Positions 36,574 through 45,536 of a stretch of DNA of 64,000 bases are shown piece by piece (position 1 is the stretch's first letter; every line of letters starts with the position of its first letter). Under the pieces are notes generated by a model. That model made no database searches. It was not told the DNA's origin and was given only the letters and a program-made list of their open reading frames with translations. The DNA comes from Escherichia phage vB-Eco-KMB38: the sequence record OR525701.1, one strand, 5' to 3'. The translations under genes and the position numbers were made by a program.

Positions 36574-37530
36574 TTATTTGAAAGGTTTTACCATATGGAA
36601 ATTTTGTTTGAAACGTTTGACGTAATCGTCATGTCCTAAGCGTTGGTACATACTTACAACTTTGCTGTAGTTTTCCCAGGCGTATTCACGGAACCAACCG
36701 GAGGTGATGCTTGTGCAAACTTTTTCTAATGCCATCATGAAACTGGCTTCAGAGTTAATTTCAAAGTTATTAGGAATCTGAGAACGTTCTAATGCTAGTA
36801 CACATGATTCTTCATATACACCGGCCAATTTGACCATTTCTGGTAACGATTCGAACTTCTCGCGTGAGGTCATGACTTCAGAACCATCTTTCATGTAAAA
36901 TGTATAAGCCGGACGGTCTGTTAGTGCAATGGCTTCGTGAATAGTATCATGGTCATATGTGTAGATGTCATCTTTAAAGAATGCGCTTTTAGAAGTGTCA
37001 AGAATCGGGTGAGCATAGTTCAAGGTTTCTTTCTGGCGTTTCAGCATAATTTCAGTAAGTTCATCGTTCAGTGTAACACCTTTACCACGAAGATACTGGA
37101 TATGGTTCATAGTCTTTAAAAAGAATGGATTATTTTTCTTGAAACGATGAGACATTTTAATTGCAAGACATATCTCAGGAGTTGCCCAGTAAAACCCGGT
37201 CAAACGATCTTTAGTCAAATTTTTCTTGGCGTATTTTAAAAGGTCATAAGAAGACGTGAAATCTTCAGGAGTGAGTTCACCGACTAATTCACGAACATTA
37301 GTGATTGCCGGAACAATATATGCTTCAAAATGAGTTTCGCGTCCATTATGGAAGCATTTGAAAACTTGGACATCAGGGTTATCTTGGTGAACATATACAC
37401 CCATCATTTGATTTTTGAATGCATTCCAAGAACCTTGGTCCGCAATAAAGTCCCAATCGCTATTTTTGATAGCGCTAGAATCAATAAGACCATGATAGTG
37501 AAGTGCACGAGAACCAATAACTAACATCAT
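36574..37530 (-). CDS. hypothetical protein, possible nucleotidyltransferase fold
   Basis: N-terminal VIGSRALHYHGLIDSSAIKNSDWDF resembles a G-S...D-x-D NTase core; weak. Confidence 0.5.
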   Translation of the reverse strand: MMLVIGSRALHYHGLIDSSAIKNSDWDFIADQGSWNAFKNQMMGVYVHQDNPDVQVFKCFHNGRETHFEAYIVPAITNVRELVGELTPEDFTSSYDLLKYAKKNLTKDRLTGFYWATPEICLAIKMSHRFKKNNPFFLKTMNHIQYLRGKGVTLNDELTEIMLKRQKETLNYAHPILDTSKSAFFKDDIYTYDHDTIHEAIALTDRPAYTFYMKDGSEVMTSREKFESLPEMVKLAGVYEESCVLALERSQIPNNFEINSEASFMMALEKVCTSITSGWFREYAWENYSKVVSMYQRLGHDDYVKRFKQNFHMVKPFK

Positions 37531-37558
37531 AATATTTTCCTCGGATTAATTCATCAAC

Positions 37559-37810
37559 TTAAATTTCACGACATGCGATATTATATTCATCCCATAGGTC
37601 ATCATGTGAAGCCTCTACCAATGGAACGATTGTACCGTTTATGTCTTCATTATAAGGGCAAATTGTACAGTGCGCATCTTCGAATCGGATGCCTTTGTGT
37701 TCAGATTTTTTATAACGCATATCGAATAACTTTGCAAACTTTTCACGAGTAATAGTTTTAGCAACTACTTCGGTTCCAATACTTTCGTAATAAATCATTG
37801 TGGACTCCAT
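37559..37810 (-). CDS. hypothetical protein
   Basis: 83 aa ORF. Confidence 0.45.
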   Translation of the reverse strand: MESTMIYYESIGTEVVAKTITREKFAKLFDMRYKKSEHKGIRFEDAHCTICPYNEDINGTIVPLVEASHDDLWDEYNIACREI

Positions 37811-37826
37811 TTAATTTGATAGGACT

Positions 37827-37856
37827 ACTATAACATAGCCCTATCTTGTTGTAAAC
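37827..37856 (-). promoter_or_regulatory. sigma70-type early promoter with inverted repeat
   Basis: GTTTAC-N18-TATAGT-agtcctatc; spacer atagggcta pairs with downstream tagtcctat. Confidence 0.45.
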
Positions 37857-37860
37857 TGTT

Positions 37861-38058
37861 TTAGCAAGAATAACTAGACGATACCCAGCCTTGAACAGTA
37901 ATGCTATTATTAGATAATGAGATTGCGTTCTGGAGATTCAGACCTGCGTTATCTTCAATCCATAATGTAACTTCTTCGCGTTCTTCTGTTGCAATTTGGA
38001 ACAGGTTTTCCAGGGCAGCTACTGCCGTACGTACAGCACAATCTAATTCACGAGACAT
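37861..38058 (-). CDS. hypothetical protein, family ending W-V-S-S-S-x-x-C (member 1)
   Basis: 65 aa, ends GWVSSSYSC. Confidence 0.5.
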   Translation of the reverse strand: MSRELDCAVRTAVAALENLFQIATEEREEVTLWIEDNAGLNLQNAISLSNNSITVQGWVSSSYSC

Positions 38059-38067
38059 ATGGTTTCC

Positions 38068-38340
38068 TTAGCAAGTGTGAGAAGATGCGATCCAACCACC
38101 AGTTTCGAGGCTCAGGTTGTAGTCGTATTGGTAAACGTCAGCCCATTCAGCATAGCCGTTTTTTGTACAACGTTCAAGATCGGCTTTAAGCTGTCCGGGT
38201 GAATGATATGTTCCACCCATACCATAAGCTGGATACAAGTCGAATGTTGTGTTTTGTTTATCAGCAATTTCTTTGGCAGCCTCAATAGCTGCATAGATTT
38301 TTGCTACAGCTTCAGCCAGTTCGGTTTGTTCTTTAGACAT
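38068..38340 (-). CDS. hypothetical protein, same family (member 2)
   Basis: 90 aa, ends GWIASSHTC; internal GMGGTYHSPG. Confidence 0.5.
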   Translation of the reverse strand: MSKEQTELAEAVAKIYAAIEAAKEIADKQNTTFDLYPAYGMGGTYHSPGQLKADLERCTKNGYAEWADVYQYDYNLSLETGGWIASSHTC

Positions 38341-38349
38341 AATGATTCC

Positions 38350-38655
38350 TTAGCACAACGCAGAAGACGAAACCCAAGCACCTTCAGTAATAACGTAACC
38401 ATTACCTTCACGCTTAACATCGCCACCATTATTTTCAATTTCATCTTTCATCCACTGGGATACGATTTCACCCTTAGGATAATAAGTACGACCGCTACCA
38501 TAATCACCTACAGAAAATGATACAGAATATTGGTCTGCGATCTTTGTTGCTTCTTCTTCGATACGTTCAGCTTGATTCAGAAGTTTATAAATTGCATCTG
38601 AAGCGGATTTGGCATCATTAAACTCTGGTACTTTAATTTCAATAATCTTACTCAT
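38350..38655 (-). CDS. hypothetical protein, same family (member 3)
   Basis: 101 aa, ends AWVSSSALC; internal YGSGRTYYPKG. Confidence 0.5.
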   Translation of the reverse strand: MSKIIEIKVPEFNDAKSASDAIYKLLNQAERIEEEATKIADQYSVSFSVGDYGSGRTYYPKGEIVSQWMKDEIENNGGDVKREGNGYVITEGAWVSSSALC

Positions 38656-39011
38656 TTTCTACATTCCTTAATAAAGTTTTCTATTGTTTCATTTTCACGT
38701 CTAGCTAGGAGTTCATTATAACTAATCATTTGAGAAGCGTAAACCTTTTTATTTTTCTTGTTATGGTTTATAAAATCGTAGTAAAAATAGACTACAGTAC
38801 AAAAGGATGCGATGGATGCAAAGGCTTGGGTATACCGTAAGTCCTGCCATTGGTCTGTGAATCCACCAGTGTTCCCTATAAATCCTAACACAACGCCGTC
38901 AATAAGAAATCCAACTAATCCAAAGGCAAATCCCATGCCAATACTCATAATAAAAATTAGAATGTTCTCACCAAGAGAAGGCCATACGGTTAAGAGTTGA
39001 GGTTTTTGCAT
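38652..39011 (-). CDS. hypothetical membrane protein, C-terminal FIKECR motif
   Basis: 119 aa, two TM helices, ends IENFIKECRK. Confidence 0.5.
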   Translation of the reverse strand: MQKPQLLTVWPSLGENILIFIMSIGMGFAFGLVGFLIDGVVLGFIGNTGGFTDQWQDLRYTQAFASIASFCTVVYFYYDFINHNKKNKKVYASQMISYNELLARRENETIENFIKECRK

Positions 39012-39385
39012 CTTATTTCCTTAACGAATTCCATAGCTTCTTCATATTCATACTTTTTAACAGCTTCATCATACTGAGCTTGGGCTTTTGCGCACTGAAC
39101 TTTCCACTCGCGAACTCGAGCTCTGTGATGACGGCCTTGGTGCCAATATCCTGCCCAATTAATAGGCATTAATAAAAACGGTACAATAAGTGGTGCGACG
39201 AACATTAATGAAAACGCTGCATCAGACGATATAACTTTATTGGAATCTAAAATAGCTCCTATAATCATAAAGATTAAAAATGCTAAAGCTAAAATAGGGC
39301 CAAATAGTACTTCGTTTGGGATTAATTTACGTTTGTATTCGTATGCCCATGGCTTAATTGGCATGTACAGGGTTGGCTTTGACAT
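38990..39385 (-). CDS. hypothetical membrane protein, C-terminal FVKEIRCK variant
   Basis: Start set at MSKPTLY ATG inside the upstream ORF end; TM helices. Confidence 0.45.
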   Translation of the reverse strand: MSKPTLYMPIKPWAYEYKRKLIPNEVLFGPILALAFLIFMIIGAILDSNKVISSDAAFSLMFVAPLIVPFLLMPINWAGYWHQGRHHRARVREWKVQCAKAQAQYDEAVKKYEYEEAMEFVKEIRCKNLNS

Positions 39386-39956
39386 ATTCTCTACATTCCA
39401 TAATAAATTGCTCAAGGATTAAATTGTTAGTGAAATTAGGACTAACAACCATAGTTTCATAAAGCGCATCAATAGCACTTAAAGCATCAACTCTTTTAAG
39501 CAAAGGCTTGCCTTCATACATAGTTTCAGAATCGACGATTAACGTAAAGTAATATTTTTTATTATCGACTAGAACTTCTGTGTCGATATAAAACATATTA
39601 GACCTCAGAAGCTTATCTCTAAAACCATAATAATCTTCTGAACGTTCGCTGATATATTCCCATTCAGTGTTTAAACAACAAACAGACCACGTAGGAGCAA
39701 CGAAATCAGTGAATCTAATATCATGGTCTGCAACTAGTTTAGCAATAGCTCCGATATCATGAATCATAATACCTGGGGCTAATAAAGATTTTCTGCTATG
39801 GCTAGCCGTTTTCTCAGTGGTCTCATAAGAAGCTGACCAGTACCATTTACGTCCGGTTGCAACATATCGTAATGAATCAACTAAAGACGTAGGTGGATTT
39901 ACCTTATCTCGGAACTCTTCGAACATCGAGTCAATATCATTATTTTGGTTTCGCAT
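39354..39956 (-). CDS. hypothetical soluble protein with FIMECREY near C-terminus
   Basis: Start at second ATG (MRNQNND) which follows an aaggag SD. Confidence 0.5.
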   Translation of the reverse strand: MRNQNNDIDSMFEEFRDKVNPPTSLVDSLRYVATGRKWYWSASYETTEKTASHSRKSLLAPGIMIHDIGAIAKLVADHDIRFTDFVAPTWSVCCLNTEWEYISERSEDYYGFRDKLLRSNMFYIDTEVLVDNKKYYFTLIVDSETMYEGKPLLKRVDALSAIDALYETMVVSPNFTNNLILEQFIMECREYVKANPVHAN

Positions 39957-39974
39957 GTTAACTCCTTTATCATC

Positions 39975-39997
39975 CAAAAGGAGGACCGGAGTCCTCC
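39975..39997 (-). terminator. intrinsic terminator
   Basis: ggaggac-tccg-gtcctcc hairpin followed by UUUUGG on the minus transcript. Confidence 0.55.
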
Positions 39998-40005
39998 GTA
40001 TTATT

Positions 40006-40599
40006 TTATTTCAAAGAGTTAATATATTCTTGTACATCAGCAGAAGTGGTTTCGACACCGGCTGGAGTACCATTGAACGTTTCAACACGAGTCAGAGTGT
40101 CTTCGATATCAACCTTAGTCAGTGCAGCGATTTCAATTACATCATCGGCCGTAGAGATACCAAGGGCATTGGCTGCTCGAGTTTCACGAATGTATTCGAG
40201 TTTGATTGCCAGATTCTGACGAGCATCATCAAGTTCAACCACCTTACGAGCAATTTCAATTCGCATAGCGGCATACCCGTCGGCTTTTGTATTAAGTTGT
40301 TCGGCAGTTCGACGATACAGAAGACCAAGCTTAGCATGCATGGTAACATCTTGTCCTTCGGCCAAGAGCTTACGAATTTCACGTTCCTTAGAAGCGGCTT
40401 GTTTATTCTTTTCAATAACAAGTTCGCGAATACGTTTTTCTTCATTAATAGATTTAACAGAAGCCGTTTTTAGTTCTTTGATTTGGGTAATCAACTTATC
40501 TGCAGCTGCGTTATACTGTTCTTCGACAGTCAGATTTTTAGCCATAGCAGTACCCAGTTTAGTGCGGATGAATTCAACAAGTTTCTTCAGTGTGTTCAT
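40006..40599 (-). CDS. hypothetical coiled-coil protein
   Basis: Start at MNTLKK ATG with aaagg SD; heptad-like charged helical sequence. Confidence 0.5.
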   Translation of the reverse strand: MNTLKKLVEFIRTKLGTAMAKNLTVEEQYNAAADKLITQIKELKTASVKSINEEKRIRELVIEKNKQAASKEREIRKLLAEGQDVTMHAKLGLLYRRTAEQLNTKADGYAAMRIEIARKVVELDDARQNLAIKLEYIRETRAANALGISTADDVIEIAALTKVDIEDTLTRVETFNGTPAGVETTSADVQEYINSLK

Positions 40600-40640
40600 A
40601 TTATTACCTTTCAATTGGTGGTTTATTATCCAATGAGAGC

Positions 40641-40670
40641 ATTATACTCTGCTCTCAAGAGTTTGTAAAT
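40641..40670 (-). promoter_or_regulatory. sigma70-type early promoter (copy B of the repeated element)
   Basis: ATTTAC-N17-TATAAT; 27 of 28 nt identical to 10304-10332. Confidence 0.4.
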
Positions 40671-40897
40671 TATTTTTTAATCAAATTGACATAAAACTTG
40701 GCGTCTTCCGGGTGCATGCCTTCACAGTATTCTTCAACCATGAACTTCTTAACAGCTTCATAAGGACCACTCAGATTAAGCTCAGTTGTCCAGAACTTGG
40801 AATCTTGGGCTGAATCGATACGAACTTCAGGGTGACGGTTGCGAATAACTTCTTCGGTATATTCATAATCAACGACATCAATACTAACTTTAGCCAT
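40670..40897 (-). CDS. hypothetical protein
   Basis: 75 aa acidic ORF. Confidence 0.45.
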   Translation of the reverse strand: MAKVSIDVVDYEYTEEVIRNRHPEVRIDSAQDSKFWTTELNLSGPYEAVKKFMVEEYCEGMHPEDAKFYVNLIKK

Positions 40898-40943
40898 TTT
40901 GTTTTCCTCTTGATTTGATGTGATTACTATAACATAAACTTAC

Positions 40944-41108
40944 TTAGATGTAAATTATTTCAACGTCACCTTTAGCGGCTTTATAACCTTCAGCCCAAGA
41001 TACAACAGAGTTTTTATCTGAGGATTCAAATTCAGGCATTGGACTTTCACCGATATTCACACAGTATGTTTCTTCATTTTCATCGAACCAAATAATTAAA
41101 GTAGTCAT
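40944..41108 (-). CDS. small hypothetical protein (54 aa)
   Basis: ATG at 41106-41108 after gaggag SD and a promoter; below track cutoff. Confidence 0.35.
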   Translation of the reverse strand: MTTLIIWFDENEETYCVNIGESPMPEFESSDKNSVVSWAEGYKAAKGDVEIIYI

Positions 41109-41138
41109 TTTGTTTACTCCTCTGTAGTTGATAAGTCT

Positions 41139-41166
41139 ATAGTATCACCATCCTTGGTGCTTGTAC
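41139..41166 (-). promoter_or_regulatory. sigma70-type early promoter
   Basis: GTACAA-gcaccaaggatggtga-TACTAT-agacttatcaac. Confidence 0.4.
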
Positions 41167-41176
41167 ATCGTTATTT

Positions 41177-41482
41177 TTAATTTTTCCAACTTAACAACTT
41201 GTAGTGTCCTTCATTCGTACGAGGTTTATCCCAAGAAATACTAATATATGATTCGCTATCAATAGAAGTCGCCGGGTTTTTCTCTACCGTAAGACCTTCA
41301 CTTTCCAGCCATTCAATAGTATTTGCGCATAAATCAGAAGAACACCTCATCGGGAACCGGCAAGATTTTTCACCTTTAGCTGCAGTGTTATACATCTTTT
41401 CTAGAATACGCTTTTGCACGTTTTTAAAAATAGTTTCAGCAGATTCTTCAGATTTTTTATTCAGTTCAGTATAAAGACTCAT
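41177..41482 (-). CDS. hypothetical protein
   Basis: 101 aa ORF. Confidence 0.5.
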   Translation of the reverse strand: MSLYTELNKKSEESAETIFKNVQKRILEKMYNTAAKGEKSCRFPMRCSSDLCANTIEWLESEGLTVEKNPATSIDSESYISISWDKPRTNEGHYKLLSWKN

Positions 41483-41510
41483 AACATTTTCCTCTGCGGT
41501 TGATAAGTCT

Positions 41511-41539
41511 ATAGTATCATGTCCTTAGAAGAAGTAAAC
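41511..41539 (-). promoter_or_regulatory. sigma70-type early promoter
   Basis: GTTTAC-N17-TACTAT-agacttatcaac. Confidence 0.45.
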
Positions 41540-41571
41540 ATCTTTATGAAATATTTTTATGCCCTAGATAC

Positions 41572-41605
41572 CAAAAAGCCCCAACCGTAAGGAAGGGGCA
41601 TTCTA
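41572..41605 (-). terminator. intrinsic terminator (variant of the repeated hairpin)
   Basis: gcccc-ttccttacggtt-ggggc hairpin then U run on minus transcript. Confidence 0.55.
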
Positions 41606-42070
41606 TTATTTAATTTGTTTAGCAGACCAGATACGGTCTTTAATAAGTTTTTGGATATCTTCAACATACTCAAGGCTATGAGCGTGAGGATTATCTTTGA
41701 AACTATGTGCTCGTGCCAGTTTCTGGCCTTCTGTTTTGATTACTAAAAGCTCTTTAAGAATTGCTTCATACTTAGAAATAATTCCTTTGGCGATATTTTT
41801 TTCTTGAGCTGTTTTAGGGTCCGCTTTTGGCGCAGGTGCTTTACCTGTAGCTTTCTGGAACAATTCACCTGATGCAGCTAGGCTTTTAAAAACTCGGCTA
41901 ACAGTATTAGCATTAGTAAAACCTTCGGCTTTAAAATCTCTAATAAAACGGAAACGTTCTTCATCGGAGGCGTCTTTGTAAGAATATTTACCTGCTTGAA
42001 TTGCTGCAATCGCAGCGGCTTTTACATCTGAACTAGATTGTTCAGTCAAAAATTCAGCGTATGATTTCAT
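41606..42070 (-). CDS. internal protein-like (CTS MKSYAEFLTE)
   Basis: 154 aa with CTS-like N-terminus, Ala/Lys-rich body. Confidence 0.55.
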   Translation of the reverse strand: MKSYAEFLTEQSSSDVKAAAIAAIQAGKYSYKDASDEERFRFIRDFKAEGFTNANTVSRVFKSLAASGELFQKATGKAPAPKADPKTAQEKNIAKGIISKYEAILKELLVIKTEGQKLARAHSFKDNPHAHSLEYVEDIQKLIKDRIWSAKQIK

Positions 42071-42115
42071 GTTGCTTTTCCTAAGTTAATTAACTTATCT
42101 ATTTATTATTATACC

Positions 42116-42143
42116 AAAAAGCCCCAACCTTTCGGAAGGGGCT
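42116..42143 (-). terminator. intrinsic terminator (third identical copy of the hairpin repeat)
   Basis: aaaaagccccaacctttcggaaggggct identical to 25945 and 26568 copies. Confidence 0.55.
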
Positions 42144-42149
42144 AAGCCT

Positions 42150-42456
42150 TGCGGCAACCTTGTCGGGGTTCCACCTGCTAAGGCAAGTGTTTGTACGAAA
42201 CGCCGGGATTCGAACCCGGTTATTAAGTAGTTGACGCTACTCAATATTTTTAAAAGGCCATATCTCGACCATATCCGAACGTTCCGTCAAAAACGCTACT
42301 CGGCTTACGGCAAAGATATTTCCTCGAATCGATAATTCTGTGCGCCGTTTCTGCTGTGAGATAAGGGACTTTAAGATGTCAACTCATGTACGCCTTAAAG
42401 TCGGGTCTTATTCAGGGAACATCAGTCCGACGACTTGCCGGTAGCGACCCGGCTTC
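42150..42456 (-). ncRNA. putative stable small RNA(s) with tRNA-like T-arm
   Basis: About 300 bp with no ORF and high GC for this genome; minus strand has canonical CCGGG-TTCGAAT-CCCGG T-arm and a 7-bp acceptor-like pairing. Confidence 0.4.
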
Positions 42457-42801
42457 TTATTTTGGCATATCATCAATTTGCTCTCGACGCCGACGCCATA
42501 GATTAATCGCTTCATTAACACATTCGGCGTTTGGTATATGACGGCAATAATATAATGATTCACGTTTCTGGAACCGATGTTGCAACGGGATTTCGTTTAA
42601 AAGGTCTTTACGGTCAAAGTATTCAAAACTAGTTAACCCAGAACGGTTTTTAATGAACTTCCAATGTCCAAATTCATTTTGAACATAGATGTAATCGGCA
42701 TGCTGATACAGCGAATTAATCAATCGATGAGAAATAACTGTATCATATTCGTTAAAATAAAACGTTAAATCATGAACTACCAGATAAACATTGCCTTTCA
42801 T
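42457..42801 (-). CDS. hypothetical protein
   Basis: ORF 42457-42849 trimmed to the internal Met so it does not overlap tRNA-Arg. Confidence 0.45.
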   Translation of the reverse strand: MKGNVYLVVHDLTFYFNEYDTVISHRLINSLYQHADYIYVQNEFGHWKFIKNRSGLTSFEYFDRKDLLNEIPLQHRFQKRESLYYCRHIPNAECVNEAINLWRRRREQIDDMPK

Positions 42802-42821
42802 ATTTTCCTCACTTAAAGTTG

Positions 42822-42896
<75 letters not shown>

Positions 42897-42902
42897 AATA
42901 TA

Positions 42903-42976
42903 TGACCCAGACCAGATTCGAACTGGTAACCTTTCCCTTATGAGGGGACTGCTGCTAACCGTTGAGCTACAGGGCC
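42903..42976 (-). tRNA. tRNA with anticodon CAT (Met, or Ile2 if lysidine-modified)
   Basis: GGCCCTGTAGCTCAACGGTTAGC...CCTCATAAGG...ACCAG-TTCGAAT-CTGGT; anticodon loop CTCATAA; D-stem pairing imperfect by hand. Confidence 0.6.
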
Positions 42977-43055
42977 TAAATAACTTTCTATTATGAAAGG
43001 CACTTTAGAGCACCTTTGGTAATAGATGGTATGAATTAATAATAACACATAATTC

Positions 43056-43571
43056 TTAAAGCAAATCAATCATTTTAACAGTTGGCAAAACGATTTCTTC
43101 TTCAATATAAGCAAATTCAACACATTCAACTACACGCAAGAAATCATAATCATAATATTCAGAAGCATGACCAAGAATACCAACGAGACCTTCTGATACT
43201 AAATATCCATTCTCACGGAACAGGTCGAATACACGCGATTCGTCTTCTTCAGATTTATTACCAAGGTCGACTTCAATATCAAAGACCTTTTTAATGAATT
43301 CTGGATAAAGCTGGTCTGAGAACAGTCCTTCAACCAAGTATTCGTAGATTAAAAGCGAGCAATCACTGAATGGTGTATTACCACAGTAACGTTCAGCTTT
43401 AGTGCTGGAATGACGACTCTTAAATTTCTTCAAAAGATATTTAAACTGTTGGAGCTCATGCTCTTCCACTTCAAACAATGTTTTGGTTTTATAGTTGTCA
43501 CCATCATTTTCATAAGTAGTGACATCAATTACGTAACCCTTAGGAATTGTACTGCCTAAACAAATATTCAT
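43056..43571 (-). CDS. hypothetical acidic protein
   Basis: 171 aa ORF. Confidence 0.5.
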   Translation of the reverse strand: MNICLGSTIPKGYVIDVTTYENDGDNYKTKTLFEVEEHELQQFKYLLKKFKSRHSSTKAERYCGNTPFSDCSLLIYEYLVEGLFSDQLYPEFIKKVFDIEVDLGNKSEEDESRVFDLFRENGYLVSEGLVGILGHASEYYDYDFLRVVECVEFAYIEEEIVLPTVKMIDLL

Positions 43572-43575
43572 TTAC

Positions 43576-43866
43576 TCACCGTACCATATTAATGTAATTA
43601 TATTCAATGCAACGTAATTTCAAAGGATTCTTGAAAATATCATATTCAAGAGGGCCTTTTTCTGTTTCAATAAAGAAATCAAAGTTAACTGTGTTAAATT
43701 TATCATCTTCACAGAGTAATTTAACTTGCGAAGATGAACGGTCGATATAAACCTTTTCAACCTCAAAGTTAGTCAGAATACCATAGTCATTAACTAGTGC
43801 TTTAGCTGCACGTTGATCGCTTTCATATCCATTCTCGACAGATTTTACTTTAGCATAAAGAATCAT
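43576..43866 (-). CDS. hypothetical protein
   Basis: 96 aa ORF. Confidence 0.5.
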   Translation of the reverse strand: MILYAKVKSVENGYESDQRAAKALVNDYGILTNFEVEKVYIDRSSSQVKLLCEDDKFNTVNFDFFIETEKGPLEYDIFKNPLKLRCIEYNYINMVR

Positions 43867-44225
43867 GAGTGTTCCACCACTTCAAAGGTATGAGCATCAA
43901 CAATATGATACCAGTCAAAATTTTCTTCTGCGTTTTTATAAATTTCGCGAAGAGCCTCAACAGTTTTTCCTGTAGCAACAAGGTCGTCAATACCGCCAAG
44001 AGGATAACAGTCATATCCAGCAAACAGAAGGAAATTAATAGTTTCTGTAGGTTCTGGATGCAGAACACCGTTATCGTCTACCACTTCAAAGAAAGTGTAA
44101 GAAGGAGTACAAGTTTTAATCCAAGCCCATGCTTGAGCTGCTGAATCAAATGGTCTGCGTATCAAACGACAATCAGGGTCTTTAGAAGGATTTGCTTCAA
44201 AATCTGCATATACATGATATTTCAT
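43863..44225 (-). CDS. hypothetical protein
   Basis: 120 aa ORF; 43850-44068 ORF is an alternative frame. Confidence 0.5.
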   Translation of the reverse strand: MKYHVYADFEANPSKDPDCRLIRRPFDSAAQAWAWIKTCTPSYTFFEVVDDNGVLHPEPTETINFLLFAGYDCYPLGGIDDLVATGKTVEALREIYKNAEENFDWYHIVDAHTFEVVEHS

Positions 44226-44432
44226 TTACTCACCTTTTGCAATTTTATCCATAACAATAGCGATTAAACCGATTAGAAATGCTACTACCAATGAGATAGA
44301 ATTTTCTGTTGTTGTCAGTAGTCCACAAATGAATCCTACAAACATCGAAAAACTAAAGGCCATTGAAGCAATTACTACAGCAACATTACGAATCAGTTCA
44401 GCGCGTTTCATTTTATTTCTCCATTTACTCAT
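44226..44432 (-). CDS. hypothetical small membrane protein
   Basis: 68 aa, two hydrophobic helices. Confidence 0.5.
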   Translation of the reverse strand: MSKWRNKMKRAELIRNVAVVIASMAFSFSMFVGFICGLLTTTENSISLVVAFLIGLIAIVMDKIAKGE

Positions 44433-44446
44433 TTGTTTTGATAGGA

Positions 44447-44478
44447 CTACTATAACATAGTCCTATCGTGTTGTAAAC
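44447..44478 (-). promoter_or_regulatory. sigma70-type early promoter with inverted repeat
   Basis: GTTTAC-N18-TATAGT; arms gataggacta/tagtcctatc. Confidence 0.5.
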
Positions 44479-44481
44479 TAC

Positions 44482-44769
44482 TTACAGAAGAGTTTTTGCA
44501 ATAATTTTAAGCTGAGCTACAGAAATATGCTTAGCTTTAAACAGTGCAGTCTCTTCAGCCGGAGAGATAACAATAGTAGCGCCATCTTTCTTAGCAGACC
44601 ATCCATCCCCTAAGTAAACAGTACCTTTTACTTCTTCACCATCAACCAGACTAATCATTGGTTTACCCTCACGTCCTTTATTTGTTTTAATAACTTCAGA
44701 AGTAAGGGATGCTTCGGTCAGAGTAGAAACGTTAGCAACAGGTGATATAAATTCTTTATAGGTTTTCAT
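44482..44769 (-). CDS. internal protein (CTS MKTYKEFISP), T4 ipI position
   Basis: 95 aa with CTS N-terminus located just upstream of 57B as ipI is in T4. Confidence 0.6.
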   Translation of the reverse strand: MKTYKEFISPVANVSTLTEASLTSEVIKTNKGREGKPMISLVDGEEVKGTVYLGDGWSAKKDGATIVISPAEETALFKAKHISVAQLKIIAKTLL

Positions 44770-44803
44770 TTTATTTCCTTGAGGCTGTTTATTTGATAGG
44801 ATG

Positions 44804-44832
44804 ATAGTAACACACCATCATCCTTATGTAAA
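44804..44832 (-). promoter_or_regulatory. sigma70-type early promoter with inverted repeat
   Basis: GTTTAC-N17-TACTAT; arms aggatgat/atcatcct. Confidence 0.45.
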
Positions 44833-44846
44833 CTGTTTTGTGAAAA

Positions 44847-45532
<686 letters not shown>

Positions 45533-45536
45533 TTTA

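Noticed and set aside
40006-40599. Coiled-coil protein as a PspA/Vipp1-like membrane stress protein
   Set aside because: Only length and helical, charged composition match; no alignable motif, so left as hypothetical.
25945-42143. Repeated GC hairpin copies as a CRISPR-like array
   Set aside because: Only four copies, widely and irregularly spaced, each followed by a U tract after a gene end; they are intrinsic terminators, not CRISPR repeats.
42196-42286. Possible 91-nt long-variable-arm tRNA (Ser/Leu type)
   Set aside because: Acceptor and T-arm pair well, but I could not fold convincing D and anticodon arms by hand; kept only as a tRNA-like ncRNA.
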